Made by a program: the position numbers and the translations under genes
Notes under the pieces: model-generated
The model's database searches: none
The model's input: the letters and a program-made list of their open reading frames with translations, nothing else
Told to the model about the DNA's origin: nothing
NCBI GenBank assembly: GCA_010015805.1
Contig: ML978133.1
Coordinates: forward strand, 620,001-684,000
Length of the DNA stretch: 64,000 nucleotides
Source of the DNA: Rhizodiscina lignyota
Lineage: Eukaryota
Direction of reading: 5' to 3'
In this document: one piece after another, positions 59,573 through 64,000 of the stretch
Numbering within the stretch: position 1 is the first letter of the stretch
Layout: each line of letters opens with the position of its first letter

Positions 59573-61801
59573 TCAAGTGCCAGTTTGCTCGAGATGTCGA
59601 ACAATCGCTAAGATCCTCTTCCGCACACCTACAACAGAGACTTGAGAATCCTCGCTGACCGATACCATCTCAACAATTGCCTTTCCAATATCACCTCCTC
59701 CGGAGCCAATCGTCTCCACAAATCTCTCGGGCAACTCACCGCCCTTCAAGCGAGACAGCGTCTCATGCCTTTCCATCCTGGTACCAAATGGCCATAAGAG
59801 TTCAAAGAGGATGACGCCCAACGCAAAGATGTCCAGCTTCTCATCCGCAACGCCAACGGTAGCTGAGCGAGGTCGATAGTGCTCTGTCCCCACCGCTCTT
59901 GGCGTTTGCTGTGCAGATTCTGGCAAGGAGCCTTCGCTCGCTAAAGCAGCGACGAGACCGAAGTCGCCGATTCGGAAGTTCATGTAGATCGGAGTCTTGT
60001 CGAAGTCGTCCGATGACAAGCAGCCGCGGCAGCGCGAGCGATCGATGCTGGATGGCGATGATGAGAGGCGGTCAGAGAGTGACACGAAGATGTTGGCGGG
60101 CTTGAGATCTCGGTGGACGAGGCCTTGTGAGTGGAGATATTCCACGCCATCTAGGAGCGCAAGGAAGACAAGAAGAGACATCAAGGTGTGGAAACAGTGT
60201 CTGAGGCCTTGGTACTGGCGTGAGAGACTGGGCATGCTGACGTGCCGGGAGTCGGGGAATTGGCTGTTGTAGCTGAGGAAGTCGGTAAGAGTGAGTGGAT
60301 AAAGCGACATTTGGACATGTAGAGTGAGCACAGGGACAGTGGTGGCGTGCGAGGTCAACCCGGTGGTGTCCGAGGGGAACATGCTACTTTCAGTGGGTGC
60401 GTATGATGGTTCAGCGCCTGCTAGCGTAGGAGGTTCGCGAGGAATGGTAATGATCTCTTCCTCTTCTACACTGGCTTTGGTAGCGTTGCTTTTCCGTGAC
60501 GTGGTTGAGGAAAATGTTTCACTCCGACGCCGTCTCTCAGCTGCCACTGGGGAGGATCCAACGTCATCTTCAACAGCGGAAGTGTCCGTGTCCGCAGCTT
60601 TGAAGGAGACATCTACGCCTGCATCACTCTGTTCGAAGATGATATCAATGCTTCGCGAACGACCGTCTGCGGATCGAGCTTGAACTGAGAACGGGTTCTC
60701 TGGATGTTCATCGTCTAACGAATCATATGGTCGATCTTGTAGCAAGCGAGCATTCGTGTCTCCAGAGTGAGAGCGACCGAAGGTCAGAGAGCTGTGGTTG
60801 TACTCTAACCATCCGCCGAAATATCGAACAATGTTTGGATGATCCAATCTCGCAAGCGTACGCAGTTCGTTGAGTAAAGCGTCAAGCTCCATTTGGCCCT
60901 TCTCTTGGATTTTTTTGAGGCGTGATTCACTAACGGCAATTTTCTTGACAGCATACTGGATCCCATCCAATCTATTCTCGACACGAAAGACTTCCCCATA
61001 ACCTCCTTTGCCGATTCTCTCATACTCGGCAAAATCACGTTCATATCGAGACATGCCTACCATTGGGTGAGTAGCATAGGGTTCAAGTACGCTCGGCACA
61101 GATCGCATGTAAGGCGAAATGTTCAGACGCTGCATACCATCAAGGGTTGCTTGAAGCTCTCGTCCTACGGAAGGTGAATCGGATCGTGGGACGGCGGAAG
61201 CGCTCAACATCCGTTGAGGTCCAACAGGGAATGCAGGATTGTGTCTAAGTCGTGATAAGTGCGTACCCGAACTGGTGCGGTTGATAACTCCCGAAACCAT
61301 ACTCAAGGCATCTCGAAAACTCTCACGCTCGTTTCGATGATGTTCTTGTTCAGGACCAAGTGCGACAATACCGCGAGAACCCAGCTCCTGACAGATTCGT
61401 TGATAGAGCTCTGCTGCGTGGGCTTGGACCTCTGGATCTGACCTAGTGTAACGTCTCGCGGATCCTGGAAGGTTGTTCATATATTCCAAACTCTCGAGAA
61501 TACAGTTAGACTCGAGCAACGAATGCATGAGCATATCTTGCGGGCCAGCGGATTGGTTGAAAGCAGTCATTCCTGTGTGGGCATTCCTGGTCGGTGGGGG
61601 ATTTGAAGCTGGACCAGCTCGAGCATTTGGAGGACTCTGTACACCTTCTGCTTCGTCGTTGTCGGAAGATAGCGTCGTGATACGATTCAGTGAAGGAGAC
61701 AGCCCGACGTTCGCCTCCTCGGAAGATGATGAGGACACTTCCTGAGACTCATCCTCATATGAGGAACTGATATCATTTGCAGAACGAAAGAAGGAAGACA
61801 T
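59573..61801 (-). CDS. eIF2alpha kinase, HRI-like (PEK family)
   Basis: SRYERDF, IGKGGYGEV, YAVKKI, LARLDHPNIVRYFGGW, a long insert, LHVQMSLY, HRDLKPANIF, IGDFGL and FGTRMER. Intronless. Confidence 0.9.
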   Translation of the reverse strand: MSSFFRSANDISSSYEDESQEVSSSSSEEANVGLSPSLNRITTLSSDNDEAEGVQSPPNARAGPASNPPPTRNAHTGMTAFNQSAGPQDMLMHSLLESNCILESLEYMNNLPGSARRYTRSDPEVQAHAAELYQRICQELGSRGIVALGPEQEHHRNERESFRDALSMVSGVINRTSSGTHLSRLRHNPAFPVGPQRMLSASAVPRSDSPSVGRELQATLDGMQRLNISPYMRSVPSVLEPYATHPMVGMSRYERDFAEYERIGKGGYGEVFRVENRLDGIQYAVKKIAVSESRLKKIQEKGQMELDALLNELRTLARLDHPNIVRYFGGWLEYNHSSLTFGRSHSGDTNARLLQDRPYDSLDDEHPENPFSVQARSADGRSRSIDIIFEQSDAGVDVSFKAADTDTSAVEDDVGSSPVAAERRRRSETFSSTTSRKSNATKASVEEEEIITIPREPPTLAGAEPSYAPTESSMFPSDTTGLTSHATTVPVLTLHVQMSLYPLTLTDFLSYNSQFPDSRHVSMPSLSRQYQGLRHCFHTLMSLLVFLALLDGVEYLHSQGLVHRDLKPANIFVSLSDRLSSSPSSIDRSRCRGCLSSDDFDKTPIYMNFRIGDFGLVAALASEGSLPESAQQTPRAVGTEHYRPRSATVGVADEKLDIFALGVILFELLWPFGTRMERHETLSRLKGGELPERFVETIGSGGGDIGKAIVEMVSVSEDSQVSVVGVRKRILAIVRHLEQTGT

Positions 61802-62316
61802 GATTGAAGGAAGGGAAAGCCTGTCAGTACGGCCAGTCAGGTGTCGTGTGCTTGCGCATTGCTGCTACACAAGTGCAGGGCAGCGCAATTGAAAGGTAGA
61901 AAAGACTTTGGTTGATAGAGTGAATCAAGCGAATAACAACACAGTACCGTAATAGGCAAGCTGTCCTGACTACAGGGCGCGGCTGCCTGAATTTCGTGGA
62001 CTTCCACAGAAGATTCGATGATGGCCTGGTGGGGCTAGTACTATTATGGCATGGCGTATCCGTAATGTTGGTAACTTTTGGTGTGGGCATTTGCGCAAGG
62101 GAGATCGCGACACCATCTGAAAACACCAAGCCCATTCAATTTGACCATCACACAAACAACAACCTCTCACGCGACGAGGAAACTCAGGAAGCTGCCTGCC
62201 ACGCGATGGTCCATCTTCAACATCAATCGACTCGTCGCGACCAACCCTACCTCCTGTAAAGGCCCCAACAATCACCCCTACCGTCGCAAAAGCGCTGCGG
62301 CGCGTCGCTCGTCACG

Positions 62317-64000
62317 ATGGCCGGGCCAAACCCATACAAGCCAAATCCACCACAGGCGTTCATATCCAGCTATGCGCCGCGCATTCGGACGTTCGCCAAT
62401 TCTCTCCTCACGCCCGTCATCCCCCCTCCAACAGCCGTACCGGGCGCGCGAACAACGAAGCGTGGCACAACTGCCATAAATTACGCGGAAGATGGCTACG
62501 ACGACGACGATTTCGACGATAGCGAAGGTCCCCGACGGCTCACTGGTCTGCGAACTCGGCCACGAGAGGAGCCAAAAGATGACAAGCAGGGCGGTGGAAA
62601 AGAGCTTGGAAAGGAACTCACAGCTCCTGTGGATGTACAAGGCATATGGCGAGATTGGATGGGAAAGCCAAGGCGGAGCCAGTAAGTGTTTTTCCATATG
62701 TATTCCAATTCCTTTGCGCTGCGGCCACTCTTGATATATGTCAATGTCTGTGCCACTTCATTTTTACGAGACGATTACGAACATCAGGTTTTGTATTAGA
62801 ACCGAACGCCAACTTCAGATCCAAAACGCGTTGCCGCTCGTCCTCATCCCAATCCGCATCGACCTGAACGTTCAGCCATTCCGACCAGACCCTCCCCTTC
62901 CGACTCCGAACAACTTTCGCGAATTCGGCATCGATGAGACGCTTCCCGCCTACAAGCAACCAGAACAGACTCCTGAATACCGACTCAAGGATGCATTTCT
63001 GTGGAATCTGCACGAGGCACTCATGACACCAGACCAATTCGCGAAAGTATTTGTGGACGAGATGGACTTCCCGTCAGAAAAGAAAGGCGTCTTGGCTATC
63101 ACAGTCGCCGAACAGATACGTCAACAGCTTCAGGAATACGCAGGCGTTGCCATGCATCCCCTGTTCAGCCCACAGAGCAACGTTACAAATGGCGTTACAA
63201 ATGGCGCCGCGGCTGCCAGCGATGGCAATCCAGTAAAAACTACGCAAGCAACACCAACAGTCCTTTCAAGGGATCAGTCATCCACTCCTGCGCCAGCAAC
63301 GAACGGCGTGCCCTCATTTTTTAGCGGTGCTTTCAAATCTGGCACGCAGACTCCTGCACCTGCCACCCCTGCACCTGCCACTTCCGCACCTCCAGTGGAA
63401 CAAATCACTGCAACGGCGCGACCTCTGCCTGAAGAAGATATCCACAATCCTGATGACACATACCGCTGTGTTGTCAATCTCTCCATCAACCTCCTCAACC
63501 GCCTCTACACCGACAAGTTCGAATGGTCCCTACTCCATCCGCCCGGCTTTGCCGAAGCATTTGCAAAACAGACCTGCGCTGACCTTGGTCTAGCCGGCGA
63601 GTGGGTGCCCGCAATGGCGCACGCCATCTACGAAGCTGTCCTCAAGCTGCGGAAAGAAGCATGCGAGAACGGTGGCATCGTCGGCACTGCAGGCGGCGGC
63701 GTGGGCGGCGAGGTCGACAACGATGCAGCGGAAGGTGCGGAAGCGGGCTGGCGATACGAGCCGGAGCACCTCGGCGACGAGTGGGAGCCCAAGGTCGAGA
63801 TATTGTCGAAAGAGGAGATCGAGAAGCGCGAGGGCGACCGCGAGCGCCAGATTCGCAGACTTCGGCGCGAGACGGCGCGCTTCTCTAGCACGGCGAATAT
63901 TGGTGGTGGTCCGCCGGTGCAGATCCAGAACGAGTATCCGGATGGTGAGCAGCCGATGGGCAGAGGTGAGAGGAGCAAGAAGAAGAGGCGCTTCAGGAGT
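62317..64000 (+). CDS. SFH1: RSC complex subunit Sfh1 (SNF5 family), 3' end outside the window
   Basis: QAFISSYAPRIR..NSLLTP, RTTKRGT..INYAE; after the intron LIPIRIDL, KDAFLWNLHE, DKFEWSL, WEPKVEILSKEEIEKREGDRERQIRRLRRET. Confidence 0.94.

Overview
Eukaryotic DNA from a filamentous ascomycete (Pezizomycotina-type GT..CTRAC..YAG introns of about 50-60 nt, standard code). It carries about 22 protein-coding genes. Housekeeping genes: WDR48/UAF1-like, CEF1, TSC10, mitochondrial uL23, RFA2, a SPF31-like J-protein, head-to-head DBP10/DBP4, an HRI-like eIF2alpha kinase and SFH1. Accessory genes: a carotenoid/lignostilbene-oxygenase-family gene missed by the ORF track, next to a SnoaL/NTF2 lyase-like gene; a hydrolase, phenol monooxygenase and P450 trio; a second P450; two F-box-like paralogs; and a truncated SAS10 copy. 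The most notable element is an ORF-less, multi-intron transcription unit at about 24.8-28.9 kb (+). Its introns hold eight box C/D RNAs, seven of them ending 50-60 nt upstream of a branch point. Several have antisense elements to spliceosomal snRNAs rather than rRNA: U6 (best case, predicting the vertebrate Am53 site), U2 and U5 loop 1. The snRNA sequences used are recalled conserved sequences, not sequences from this window, so the targets need confirming against this organism's own snRNAs.
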